Assembly: GCA_964016885.1 (NCBI GenBank)
Contig: OZ024743.1
Span: 309,938,001-310,002,000 of the forward strand
Direction of reading: 5' to 3'
DNA from: Eledone cirrhosa
Taxonomy: Eukaryota
DNA length: 64,000 nt
This document shows positions 41,920 through 60,374 of this stretch, one piece after another (the first letter of the stretch is position 1; every line of letters starts with the position of its first letter). The position numbers and the translations under genes were made by a program. Below the pieces are notes generated by a model. It was given only the letters and a program-made list of their open reading frames with translations. It was not told where the DNA came from and ran no database searches.

Positions 41920-42102
41920 ATTGTTTCTACTTTTGGCACAAGGCCAAAAATTAACCAGTGTATTACTGGTACTTTATTTTATCGACCCCGTAAGGATGAA
42001 AGGCAAAGTTAACCTTGGCGGGATTTGAACGCAGAATGGAAAGAGCCGTAACTCTATGCGTCAAAGCATGGCGTCCGACCCTCTACCGATACTGCCAATC
42101 CA
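41920..42102 (-). mobile_element. Full-length tRNA-derived SINE with TSD
   Basis: A box TGGCAGTATCGG, B box GTTCAAATCC, GCCTTTCATCCTTACGGGGTCGATAAAATAAAGTACC core; TSD GTACAGATAAT at 41911 and 42103. Confidence 0.85.
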
Positions 42103-42369
42103 GTACAGATAATATATTGTAATTCTTTAATATCGTATTACTACATTTCCATCTAAACTAATTATACAATTATTTATGGCTTTCTCTTTAGCTTATAATG
42201 TAATGCTTGCTTGGCTTTTTCTACAAACACCTGTGTATTTAGAGCATTATTTATCTGTGTTTGAACACACGGGAACACAATTGAAATTAATAGAGGCAGG
42301 AAATAAAGCGGAAACTATTGGTTATTTTTCAAATAAATAAGTAACATTTATTATTTTTATTTCCAACAG

Positions 42370-42509
42370 ATCGTCGAAGAGAGAGTGAAGAAGTATTCCT
42401 TAAGGCATTGAATCATGTCACTGAACCAGAGTCTCTACATAGTATATGGGCGAGTCTTCACAAGAAGGAACATTATTCACTCGGAGAAACTCATTATAAA
42501 AAGCACTGA
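42370..42509 (+). CDS. Probable terminal exon of the same TPR protein
   Basis: T-rich tract+CAG acceptor. The phase-1 join with exon 929-1043 gives ...HHL-DRRRESEEVFLKALNHVTEPESLHSIWASLHKKEHYSLGETHYKKH*, completing a 34-aa TPR across the junction. TGA at 42507-42509; TPR-like text continues in other frames to 42561. Confidence 0.6.
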
Positions 42510-42762
42510 TACATGTCCAAATAAGGAAAGATATTCTAAGGAATTAAATAAAATTTTGTAACCTTGTATTCAATATGATATCAATCTGTGTGATTTTGAT
42601 AGATGGGAGAATAAGTACTGAATACCGAAATCATGTTTGAATAGTCTTTATTATGTCTAAGTTTTGAGCCTTGTTAACCTGGAGTTTCATCTGTGTACTC
42701 TAAGACACAGGTTCATCACACATAAACATCCGGAGTGACAAGACTCAATATATATATATAGT

Positions 42763-42943
42763 AATTGTTTCTACTTTAGGCACAAGGCCAGCAATTATCC
42801 AGTGCATTACTGGTACTTTATTTTATCGACCCCGTAAGGATGAAAGGCAAAGTCAACCTCGGCGGGATTTGAACTCAGATCGTAAAGGGACGTAACTATG
42901 CTCGAAAGCATGGCGTCCGACCCTCTACCGATACTGCCAATCC
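42763..42943 (-). mobile_element. Full-length tRNA-derived SINE
   Basis: Same family as 41920-42102. Confidence 0.85.
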
Positions 42944-42981
42944 AAATTTGAAGACTAATTTGCTTAAACTTCAATCTGTTA

Positions 42982-43736
<755 letters not shown>

Positions 43737-43810
43737 ATTATACTCTGCTCTGTAAGAGCATCGAGTGCTCAAACAGTTTACTGCATACGGACGCTTTAAA
43801 CATCCCACAC

Positions 43811-43908
<98 letters not shown>

Positions 43909-43959
43909 TATATATATATAAATATATATATAAATAAATATATATATATATATATATAG

Positions 43960-44068
43960 GAAAAAGTATGAATCCAACGGCAGAGCCCAAGCCGTTTCGA
44001 CGGCGATTTCTGGACCAGAAATAGCCGTCGAAACGGCTTGAGCTCTGCCGTCGGGGTCATACTTTTTC
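43960..44068. repeat. Fold-back palindrome of an HHR 3' half
   Basis: Related to 35811-35855 and 55562-55643. Confidence 0.8.
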
Positions 44069-44143
44069 ATATTTCACACTACCCTAAGTATTGAGTACTC
44101 TGGTGCGTTATGGTCCATTTGGTTCCTTACCACAACTCCTTTG

Positions 44144-44275
<132 letters not shown>

Positions 44276-44289
44276 ATATACATGTATAC

Positions 44290-44322
<33 letters not shown>

Positions 44323-44327
44323 TACAT

Positions 44328-44385
<58 letters not shown>

Positions 44386-44391
<6 letters not shown>

Positions 44392-44645
44392 ATACTTTGG
44401 GAGGGTCATGTTGCCAATAAGAAACACACGCACCTCATGTTTCACTTCAATTTATTACAATAAATTTATAATAAATTTATAAATTTAGGAGTTTATAAAT
44501 TTCTGGTTCTTTGGTTGGTTCCACAACCAGATAGTTGTTTATATATTGTCAAAGTTCTTTCGTCACACATTCTGTGACCTCTTCAGTGACTGGGGATTCT
44601 TTGTTTTGTTTTTGTGCCTCTCCTTTGTTCTGTCCTACGCCACAG
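44386..44645 (-). mobile_element. Solo pLTR family A with intact HHR core
   Basis: High identity to 4311-4555. Confidence 0.75.
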
Positions 44646-44672
44646 AAACGATATATATATATATATATATAC

Positions 44673-47356
<2,684 letters not shown>

Positions 47357-47474
47357 ACATATATATATATATATATATTTTGAGTATATGTTGGTTGTAT
47401 ACCAACACCTCAGTATGCAGATTGGAACACTCGACGAAGTGCGCAGGTTCGTTTGGTTACTCCGGAGTAATGTA

Positions 47475-47894
47475 AAATAAAATAAAATAAAATAAAATAA
47501 ATAAGTCAAATGTTTAAAATTTGGCTTCGTTTATTACTGCTATATATATTTTGGTGACAGCCATATTTGGCTGTGACCTCTTCAGGCAGTCCGAATTAGT
47601 GTGGTAGAGACGAGTACACATGTTGTTGAGGTGTATAACTTTGTCAATACTCTGATATGCCCAGTTCCTCATATGATTCCAGTTCCTCAGTGAAATAACA
47701 ACCCAACCAGGAACTGGGCATATCAGAGTATTGACAAATTTATACACCTCAACAACATGTGTACTCGTCTCTACCACATTAATTCGGACAACCTCAACAG
47801 TTCACAGCCAAAGATGGCTGTCACCAAAATATATATAGCAGTAATGAACGAAGCCAAATTTTAAACATTTGACTTTTTTATTTTATTTTATTTT
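47475..47894. repeat. Inverted repeat (~190 bp arms) with G12A HHR 47536-47590 (-)
   Basis: actgc CTGAAGA ggtcacagcc...ggctgtcacc AAAA tatata TA gcagt. Confidence 0.8.
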
Positions 47895-48588
47895 ATATAT
47901 ATATATATATATATATACATACATATATACACATAAATATATATATATATACATACATATATACATATACGTATATACGCGTTTATATAGACATGTATAC
48001 ATATATATATATATATACATAAATATGTACATACATATATATATATATATACATACATATATAAACATACATATATATATATATATATACATACATACAT
48101 ATATATAAACATACATATATATTATATATATATACATACATGTATATATATATATATATGTCCACTTCCTCATTTTTTGAATCAGTTTGAGCACTTCTTT
48201 AAAACTGCTGGACTGGCAACCTGACAGATACCTCAGGCACAGAGGATGATGATTATCGCTAAATGCTGATATTGGTTAGATTATCAATATTACTATTATT
48301 GGGGCACCCACTGATAAATTATAGGAGCCCACTTGAATATATATCTATTGATGGTATACAAGCTCCTACATAAATTGGTATAATTTCACCCAAATTGTAG
48401 GAATCCTATAATGAAACGAGACGTCCGTCTGGGAAGAGATATATTAGATATGTCTCATATGAAATAATACAGCCAATTTTCCACCCCGAACGCATAATTG
48501 GGAATATACTCACTTATTTCCTAATGTTTGTTGAGTAAGTTGGAATTTGGCCGGAGTATCGCTAAGAAGCTTTCTCCGATATTGTATA

Positions 48589-48658
<70 letters not shown>

Positions 48659-48691
48659 CATATATACATACATACATGTATATACATACAT

Positions 48692-49672
48692 ATAACTTTG
48701 ATAAATTTGATAGATTTCGGTCAGTATTGGCCCAGGCCTTGTCTAACTTAATAGGACCACATGGCGAAGTCTTATAAATCACTCTTTGGGCACCATGGCC
48801 TACTCGAGCAGAGAGTTATTATTTACGGAGGCATATCCTGGTGTAGGAGGCTTATCCAGGATTTCCTGAAGGAATTTATCCAAAGATTTCTTGAACTTGA
48901 TGGGGTCTGTCTCTGCTTTGATGTGTCTTGGTGTAATGTTAAAGAGTGCAGGGCCAATTGAGGTGAAATAATTGAGCCGTATTGTTGTTATGTGATGCGA
49001 GTGAGATTTTTATCGTGGGCGGATAGCACTGGGCCCAAACCTTGGGTGTACACTAAAGGTGATGCTAACATCATTTGGGCAAAGGTGATAGAATATTTTC
49101 CGCATCATACAGATAACGTAGCGCTCACGGCGACGTTGGAGAGAATAAAGTTTGAGCTTCTCTTATCGAGTCCAATAGTCAAGGCCTGTCATGCCATCTA
49201 TCTTTTTTGTAATTGACCTTTTAGGTGCTTCAACTTTCATAATACTTTGTTTTGTGTGGGGTGACCACAGCGGACAACAGTATTCAAAGTGGGGTCGGGC
49301 AAACGTGGAGAAGAGAAGGATAATAGTGTGGATATCTCTCGACTGGAAAGTGCTATGAATCCAGGAACACATTCTGCGGGCCATATCAACTTTGCTGTTT
49401 ATATGAGTAGCCCAGCTTTTGTTGTTGTCCACAATTACTCCCAGGTCTCTGATGTTATTGGATGCCACTAGAGTTTCACCCGAAGGAAGAGAGCATGGTA
49501 GTTTCAGGGCATCCTTTTTTCCAAAGTGGATTATTTCAAAGGTATCCTCATTCAACAACATATTATTCATTTCTGCCCATTGATAACAGCCAGTAGGTCT
49601 GACTGAAGGCAAGTCCGGTCACCCACCCCATTGATGAACCTTTGGAGCTTGGAATCATCTGCGAAGATTCTC
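48692..49672 (-). mobile_element. CR1-clade LINE, 5'-truncated
   Basis: RIFADDSKL...DLGVIVD...PHFEYCCPLWSP; same family and tail as 19143-19922. Confidence 0.9.
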
Positions 49673-49690
49673 ATATATATATATACATAT

Positions 49691-50218
49691 ATTAGAATTG
49701 GCGCTCTGAAATAGCGATATATATATGAATGTATATATAGTGTACTTTGCAATACAGCGTATGCTTAATTAAAAGCATTTCGAAAACTATTGTTTTAGAG
49801 TAGTGACAGTCTCACTTACTTTTAATTTTCAGCAAACATGGGAGATAAAGCTGACAGAGCTGTGTTTCGTACTGATTGGTACTTATCAAAGCCAAGTACT
49901 CCACCTATATCGCTATTTCAGAGCGCCAATTCTAATTTTAAATTTCTGCTTGACCGGCAATCGTTCTGTATAATCAGTTCCTGATTATTACTAGAAATTC
50001 TATAAGAATCAAACATTCATGATTTTCAGCAAACAGGTGGAGTACTTGGCTTTGATAAGTACCAATCAGTACGAAACACAGCTCTGTCAGCTTTATCTCC
50101 CCTGTTTGCTGAAAACTAAAATTAAGTGAGACTGTCACTACTCTAAAACAATAGCGTAAGGTCTTCGAAATGCTTTTAGTTAAGCATACGGTGTATTGCA
50201 AAATACACTATATATGCA

Positions 50219-50223
<5 letters not shown>
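49691..50223. mobile_element. ~317-nt HHR unit (49907-50223) preceded by an inverted partial copy; HHRs 50048-50092 (+) and 49849-49893 (-)
   Basis: ggct TTGATAA gtac-caatca-gtac GAAA ca-cagctc-tg TC agct; backbone homologous to the 310-bp unit. Confidence 0.8.
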
Positions 50224-50307
<84 letters not shown>

Positions 50308-50446
50308 GTGTGTATGATTGTGTATAGAAGATTATATTAATAAAATGAATTCCACCTTTGTCTGATTTACTCGTTTTATTTACAATCCTTTAAACTTTAT
50401 AATGGTATTAGAATGAAATAGTATGGTAGAATATTAAATGTTAAGT

Positions 50447-50610
50447 TTTAATTGAACAAGTACTTTCATGCTTTCGCAATCTTCAGGTTCATATTCTGTG
50501 GTGACTGTCAAGTTTGCAATTTTCAACAGTTGAAAATTGCAAACTCTACTGTCATCACAGAACATGAACCTGAAGATTTTGAAAGCATGAAAGTGCTTGT
50601 TCAATTAACT
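50447..50610. repeat. Palindrome with stem-II-less HHR-like motif 50565-50603 (+); further copy 52406-52444 (-)
   Basis: tgaac CTGAAGA tttt GAAA gcat-gaaa-gtgc TT gttca. Confidence 0.7.
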
Positions 50611-50644
50611 TGTTCAATTAACAAAGTTGGAATTCCTTTTATTA

Positions 50645-50673
<29 letters not shown>

Positions 50674-50678
<5 letters not shown>

Positions 50679-52268
50679 AGATCAAAAGATGGTTAAAGGA
50701 GTTCCATGTATTTTATTATGCGCATTTCAAAAACAAACATCATCATGCAATAATATTTGTGTTTTCATCAGATAAAACAGGAGAACATGATATGAAGGCT
50801 AAAAAACACTTGTGGATAGTGCAGTTTTAAATCAACATATGAAAAGTGGTTTTAGATTGATGTGTGATATTGGGAAAAATATTTTATTTAGAGAGGGGGG
50901 TGGGGGTGGAAAGGATGAAAAAGGGGAGGAGATGAGAGGGAGAGATGGGTGATAGAGAGAAAGAGATAGTTTTTATAACTGAGAGGAGATATATTGTTTT
51001 ACATAGAGAGGTTGAAAACCGTTGGAAGATAATGTATAAATTAAAAAAAATTGAAAATTAACGAAAGGAGGATATGTGCGAGGAAAAAGTATTTTATTTA
51101 GGGAGGGGGGGATGAAAAAAGGGGGAGGAGATGAGAGTGAAGGTGGAGAGGGAGAGATGGGTGATAGAGAGAAAGAGATAGTTTTTATAACTGAGAGAAA
51201 GATATATTGTTTTACATAGAGAGGTTGAGAACCGTTGGAAGATAATGTATAAATTAAAGGAACTTGAAAATTAACGAAGGGAATTTATGTATGAAGATAG
51301 AGAGAAGAAATAATAATTGTGGATGAATATGCTAACGTCAAAAAAGGGTATGTTGATAAGTATTGTGGCAATTTCAAAATTAACGAAGAGAAAAATTATT
51401 AAGGTTTGTGTGTAGAAGGATTTGAGAAAAATAATGTGAAGTTAAAGTTTGTATATTGGTTGAATTGATAATATATGCGAATAAAGAGTTAATATGTATT
51501 AATAATGAGTTCGTTGATGGGGAGAAAAAAATAATAAATTAAGGATGAAATTGAGATTAAAAAGATTTATGATAGAGAGAAAAAATAATAATGATTGCGG
51601 ATGAATATTCTAACGTCAAAAAACAACAAATGTGTATACAGATTTTAGATAGAGAAATCTGTAATCTCTGCCTAAATGAAAAATTTACCATTATCTCTAA
51701 CCTAGATTCTATAATAAATAGACGCACAGATTTGTTTTCTATCTGCCTGCATAAATTCCATAGAACTTTTCACAAAGTATACAGTTAATATTCAATTCTT
51801 TATCAATTTAGAATCTTTTCTCAAAGGCACATATACATACACCTCTTTAAAATATACCCATCTACCTTACTTTAAAGGGCATTATACACTCTATAATACT
51901 TGTTTACTCATTACCCTCATTCTATCTTCACCTCATAACATACACATTTGTTGTTTTTTGACGTTAGAATATTCATCCGCAATCATTATTATTTTTTCTC
52001 TCTATCATAAATCTTTTTAATCTCAATTTCATCCTTAATTTATTATTTTCTCCTGTTTTATCATGTTCTCCTGTTTTATCTGATGAAAACACAAATATTA
52101 TTGCATGATGATGTTTGTTTTTGAAATGCGCATAATAAAATACACGGAACTCCTTTAACCATCTTTTGATATTATATATTATGTATACTCCAGTCCTACA
52201 AACTGTAGAGTGCTTCTTATCCGATATCTGCATTGCTTTATTGTACTACAATAAAACTCACCTCCTAC

Positions 52269-52270
<2 letters not shown>
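50674..52270 (+). mobile_element. PLE 3' end with inverted pLTR upstream and deleted direct pLTR downstream
   Basis: CNLCLNEKFTII...INRRTDLFSICLH (51650-51788) is an endonuclease C-terminus; HHRs in both pLTRs. Confidence 0.75.
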
Positions 52271-52346
<76 letters not shown>

Positions 52347-52490
52347 TATATTAATAAAAGGAATTACAACTTTGTTAATTGAACAAGCTAATTGAACAAG
52401 TTAATTGAACAAGTACTTTCATGCTTTCAAAATCTTCAGGTTCATGTTCTGTGGAGACAGTAAAGTTTGCAAGATACGTAAACATACATA

Positions 52491-52526
<36 letters not shown>

Positions 52527-52692
52527 CATACGTAAACATACATATATATATACATATATATATATATACATACATACATCTATATACATACATATATATA
52601 TAAATATATATATATATACGTACATATATATACATACATATATATATATACATACATATCTATATATACATACACCTATAGATACATACAAA

Positions 52693-53984
<1,292 letters not shown>

Positions 53985-54034
53985 CACATATACATACATA
54001 CATACACATATATATACATACATATATATCATTA

Positions 54035-54354
54035 TCTATAAAAGGCAGATTGTTGTTGTTGTGAGTGTGTGTGCATGTTCCATGTTTATACATTTGCACA
54101 ATTTCAAACCGATCCGACTCAACGCCCGTAAGAATGTTGTGAATGGAATAACTTAGTTCAACGACTATTTATTTCATTCAAAGTCACCCAGAATTACGGA
54201 AATAATCGATCAAACTAAATGCATGACGCTTTATCCCTGTAATACAATCAGATTTCCTCTCTCTACTCCTCTTCATCAGAGAAAGTTGCATGTATGCAGT
54301 TTTATCGAATAGATAATGATGATGATTAAACTTACAAACTTTAAGAGAGAGAGA

Positions 54355-54424
<70 letters not shown>

Positions 54425-55286
54425 GAACGTTTGTTTTTGAGTGTGGAACGGTCAAACATTTATTTACTTCAATGACAAAGAGAACTTATTACATTTCATA
54501 CGAAACAACAATTATTCAAAAGCAACAGATAAATTTATTCAACAACAAAAGAAAAATAGCGATAAATCTGTTTTAAAATATCTATCAACGAACGTGGAAG
54601 AAAGAAGTATCAGTTCATTTACTATACACAATAATATCCTCTATCATGTCACTAAACCTGCTAGAAACAGGAGCTAACTCTCCCCCATATCACACCACTC
54701 CCTACTGTCTTAAATATAGAAAAGATATCCTCTATGAGGTCACTAAACCTGCTAGAAACAGCAGCTAACTCTACCCCATATTCAAAAGCAACAGATAAAT
54801 TTATTCAAAAACAAAAAAAAAAGCGATAAATCTTGTTTAAAACATCTATCAACGAACGTGGAAGAAAGAAGTATCAGTTCATTTACTATACACAATAATA
54901 TCCTCTATGTGGTCACTAAACCTGCTAGAAACAGCAGCTAACTCTCCCCCATATCACACTCCTCCCTACTGTCTAAAATTTAGAAAGCACACATAGACAA
55001 CCATGCAGAACAACTCCATCGCAGCTCTGTTGTTCGGCTGGCATCGTCTACGCGCGTGTTGCGCAAGTACTGGGAAACAATAAATTTCAACACTTCTTTG
55101 CACAGAGAAAATATCCATAGGCGAAACTACAATTGTCACTGCTGGTGCAGCTCCTGCTTCGGCATTCCAGGTCTGCAATTCATTCACCCAGCATCTGGCA
55201 GTCAAAAAAGTGCTGCCAAAAAATGGGTGGTGCAACCTATCTTTGGTAACTTACTGACACCAAGCAACGCCGGGCTTTAATGCTAG
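54035..55286 (+). mobile_element. Non-autonomous Helitron-like element
   Basis: A|TC start, subterminal CCAAGCAACGCCGGG hairpin remnant, CTAG|T end; internal tandem repeats 54515-54975. Confidence 0.6.
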
Positions 55287-55291
55287 TATAT

Positions 55292-55334
<43 letters not shown>

Positions 55335-55335
55335 C

Positions 55336-55496
<161 letters not shown>

Positions 55497-55497
55497 T

Positions 55498-55546
<49 letters not shown>

Positions 55547-55561
55547 GGAACGAGTGGGACA

Positions 55562-55643
55562 CCGACGGCTGAGCTCAAGCCGTTTCGACGGCTAATTCTG
55601 AGTCCAGAATTAGCCGTCGAAACGGCTTGAGCTCAGCCGTCGG
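55562..55643. repeat. Perfect 39-bp hairpin (HHR 3' half fold-back)
   Basis: Arms 55562-55600 and 55605-55643, loop AGTC. Confidence 0.9.
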
Positions 55644-55743
55644 GGTCCACTCCTTACTATTACCCACTCTACTACCCTAAGTATTGAGTACTTTGGTGCG
55701 TTAGGGTCCACCTGGTTCCTTACCACATTTTCTTCGTTATATT

Positions 55744-55777
<34 letters not shown>

Positions 55778-55782
55778 CATGC

Positions 55783-55815
<33 letters not shown>

Positions 55816-55924
55816 CATATATATATACATATATAAATATACATACATTTATACATACATATATAAATATACATACATATATATATATATATATGTATAT
55901 ACATACACATATATATATACATAC

Positions 55925-55959
<35 letters not shown>

Positions 55960-56016
55960 CATGCATATATATATATACAAACATATATATACACACATAT
56001 ATATACACACATATAT

Positions 56017-56105
<89 letters not shown>

Positions 56106-56128
56106 AATATATATATATCCGTCATCAT

Positions 56129-56830
56129 GAAATACATATGATGGCTAGTAGACCACTGATGACGAATATTCCTGGCTTCTATTTCTAATTCTTCATTTAT
56201 TATATATACCCTATATGCAACATCACAGCTCGCCATTTTTCATTCATATATGCTTTCCTCTTCGCTGTGACCTGTCTTTTTCTCTTATCTTACTGCTATC
56301 CTCATTCTCTCTCCCCCTTCTCTCTCCTTCTCCCTCTTACTTTCATTCACCCCCTCTGCTAGTCACCCTCTCTCGGCTAGCGTCTTCTTCACACTTTCAC
56401 TCACTCACTCTCTGCTACTCATCCTCTCTATCTCTCTCTCACTTCCTCCATCGTCCCACACCGTACGAGATTGTTTCCTCGATCACATCCGCACGGCCAA
56501 GATGTGTCTTTGCCTGCTCGTAAATATTCGCAAGTTCGTATGTTCAAAATGAATTATTGACTTGATTTTCTCTTTGATTTTCTCATTTTTTCCTCTCTTT
56601 ACGTTGCCTCACCATTCGTGTTTTTCTACCTGTCTCTCTTTCTCCACCCAACATTTTTTTATCCCAATAACTTAATTTAGTTATTGTATCGCCCTATCTT
56701 GAGGTCTGTAATGCGAAGAAATACCTATATATGGCTAGTAGACCACTGGTGACGGTTATTCCTGGCTTCCATTTTTAATTCTTCATTTATTATAAATATC
56801 CTATTTGTAACAACACAGCTCGCCATTTTT
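56129..56830. repeat. 590-bp unit with ~100-bp terminal direct repeat
   Basis: ATGGCTAGTAGACCACTG...GCTCGCCATTTT at 56141 and 56731. Confidence 0.75.
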
Positions 56831-56866
56831 TATTTATATATATATATATATGTGTGTGTATGCATG

Positions 56867-56898
<32 letters not shown>

Positions 56899-57328
56899 TG
56901 TATGTATGTATGTATGCATGTATGTATGTATGTATGTATGTATATATGTATGTGTGTATGTATGAATGAATGTATGTATGTACCTACGTGTGTATGCATG
57001 TATATATTTATTTATGCATGTATGTATATATGAATTTATGTGTGTATGTATGTATGCATGTACGTATGTATGTGTGTATGTATGCATGTATGTATGTGTG
57101 AATTTATGAATATATGTTAGTATTTTTCTATAAAAACTATCAAATCGTTGGGTAATTGAAAATTGACTTATGCAGGTAAAATTCAGAAGTGTCTTTTAAT
57201 CGGTTGGCCACTCAGTCAGTGTCTAAGATTTTCTGATAAAAGTTTCATTGGAAGTGTAATATAAACTGAAGGAATATGTTGAACAAATTTCAGTTGAGCA
57301 AAACTCTGGATAATGGTATCCACACACA

Positions 57329-57468
<140 letters not shown>

Positions 57469-59028
57469 AATATGTATATATATATATATAACACCGCTAT
57501 TGCTCCAGTCTGCTTACCCTCACCAAATACCATAAACTAAATGGTAAACTGTATCCATGACTCCTCCCAAAAAACGTACTCACACACCAAATTCGTCAAA
57601 TCATACGCGGACTAGTCATTCTCCCAAACCCGGCTTACGCAACCAGGTCTTAATAGCCAGGTAATGGGGAAAACAGACGTTATCTAGATACAGCTGTTAT
57701 ATTACGTAGTTTCTATGCAATAAAGTTAAAGTTATTATTATCTGCAGCGACGACGACCCCCATTAGGTAATAGGACGTGCTCCACCCTTCCTTGTATATT
57801 CTCGACCTTAGACTCTCAAACAATCCACTTAGATGATATGATGCAACGCATCAGGAAGTCTAGTTCTTACAACACAACATATAAACCTAAATCTAAACTA
57901 TAATAAAGTAAGAAGCGCGGGACTGCGTACGGTTTATGTTTTTTTTTATCCCATTAGTAAAATAAGATTACTTTGAATAAATAATTGTTTCTACGTTAGG
58001 CACAATGAATATTACATAATTTATCTACTAAATTTCGTGGCTGTTCATTAAATATATTTTATTATTTATTTAAAGATTCACTTTAAAATTTTCAAATGTC
58101 AACACTTCCGGATGTCGACCGCTTAAATAAACATATTAATTTTCTGTCACTAATTTTCTCCTAATGCAGTTTATATATATCGTCTTTTTTAATGTATCAT
58201 GGATTACGTTATTGACTACATAAGACAGTGTAACACAGACTCTCTTCAATTTCTGTGTATATTGTCAATTACGATTTTATTTGACGTATCATATCTACAT
58301 GTATATATACTTGCGTATAATATCAATATACACAATACAGAATCTGGTAGAAAACCACCCGAAGGGTGGTTTTTCTGTTAGTAATAATAATCAAGAAAAA
58401 TACCTAAATTAAATAAGCGAAATGAATCCAAGAGGAAAAATATAAAAATGATATTAGAAAATCCGATAATAAAAGGCGACGCAAAAGTTATAAACCACAG
58501 TGTCATAAATTTATATAAAATAGATATATTACATACACACGAATGTAAAACAATTAAGATTAAATAATGTATATACAAACCAATATGTATATATATAAAT
58601 ATATATTATTTATAAATATAATGATGTTATCAGACTTGTCTGCCACTCTGACTACAATCTTAGAATAAGGGAAAACCGTGGTTAAATATCTGTAAATAAC
58701 TGTGTGATATTGCAGTGTTAGTATTTAATGTTTGCAGAAATAAGCTAAACAGATTCCAGTTGAACGAGCCTGTGGATATGAATATATTGGCAGAAGTACG
58801 CTACAGAAAATACATTATTTTGGCAGAGTTACGTAACAGTAAAAAAACATTATATTGGCAAATGTATGTGTGCGATTAAAAAAAAGACATTACTTAGGTA
58901 GAGTTATGCAATGGAGGCAACAATTGTATTAGCAGAGGAACCCGACAGAAAAAGCATTATTTTAGCAGAGATTTATAAATCAAATGGATGAATTACTCAA
59001 TATATAAAATTAGCACTAAGGACTCCAC

Positions 59029-60360
59029 TTATTCATATATAGGAACTACGTCTAACCAATTTAAAGTAAGATTTAATACCCACAAACATAGTTTTTAAAA
59101 TGCCGCATTAGCTAATACAACATCCTTGGCTGAAACAATTAATAATTATAGAAAGAAGAACATCGATTACAACCTGACCTGGAGAGTGCTCAAAAGGGCC
59201 ACCCCTTATAAAAATAGCAGATACGAGTGTAGGTTATGCTCCTAAGAACTTTTTGAAATCATGAAATCTAAGGATATCCTATTAAATAAGCGACAAGAAT
59301 TAATTATATCTTGCAATCATAGCATTAGTAGAACCTTCAAATATTATAAACCTAATTAATATACGCGTTACTCTTATATTTTACAAATTATTATAAGTTT
59401 ATTTTAATTTAGTTAACCTATAATTAGTATTTTACTACAGCTCCCTTTTCCTAAAATTAATTTTAACCACACTACTTCATTTAATCGCATCCCCTATTTA
59501 TCACATTTAATACCTATGATTATTGGATATAATTAATATATTTAATATCATCAATGTCCGTATAGATACAATACTCTTTATAAAAAATTTGTTATCTACT
59601 TCAGTTTTTCCATATATTTATTTTTAATTTTTATTGCTTTAATTTCTTACATCTTTATTTATCACATTCATATGAATTAATATAATTTTATCCCTGTAAG
59701 TATACCTATAAATTAATTTAATTTCCTGTTATGTATTTAGATTCCTGGTAGTTTAAATAAGATTGGTATTTCTCACTAATACCCTTACCCCAAAATGTTA
59801 TTTTCCTTCGTTTTTAACAACACTCTTTAATAACATCAAGTTAGTTTTTATTTATCACATTCATATTAATTAATATAACTTTATCCCTGTAAGTATACCT
59901 ATCAATTAATTTAATTTCTTGTTATATATCTAGATTCCTTATGGTTTAAATAAGATAGGTATTTCTCACTAATACCTTTACCCTAAAATTTTATTTTCCT
60001 TCGGTTTTAACAATATTATTTAATAACATCAAATTTTTGTGTACCCTTCACTATCTTCTTGACTTGACCTCATTTCATCGCCATAGTATTCTTTTCATTC
60101 AAAGCATAAGTCTGCACTCCCATACCCCTTGATTTAATTTCTACTACTGTCATTCTATCACCTTGACCTCTAACTCCTTTTCTATTGGTCAAATCAAAAC
60201 CTGTTCCCAAACAGACCCTTTATAATAATTCTTTATTTTTTTTCAATAAACGCATCTCAATAAATATATATTCCCTCTGATTATTTGTAATATTTTTACA
60301 TAGATCTATACGATATACATACCAACACACATATACATCCCAGAAACGATCGTAAAATGA
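59029..60360 (+). mobile_element. Degenerate PLE GIY-YIG C-terminus and AT-rich 3' region
   Basis: YIGTTSNQFKVRFNTHKHSF...WRVLKRATPY...CRLC...LLNKRQELIISCNH (59029-59358); ~190-bp tandem duplication 59655-60035. Confidence 0.7.
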
Positions 60361-60374
60361 TGAATTTTTTAATA

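Noticed and set aside
41920-42943. tRNA genes
   Set aside because: A/B boxes belong to multicopy SINE heads; no full cloverleaf.
60275-60360. CTGATTA...GAAA cgatcg TA, and a similar motif at 58648-58690
   Set aside because: Stem I does not pair; at most decayed pLTR ribozymes.
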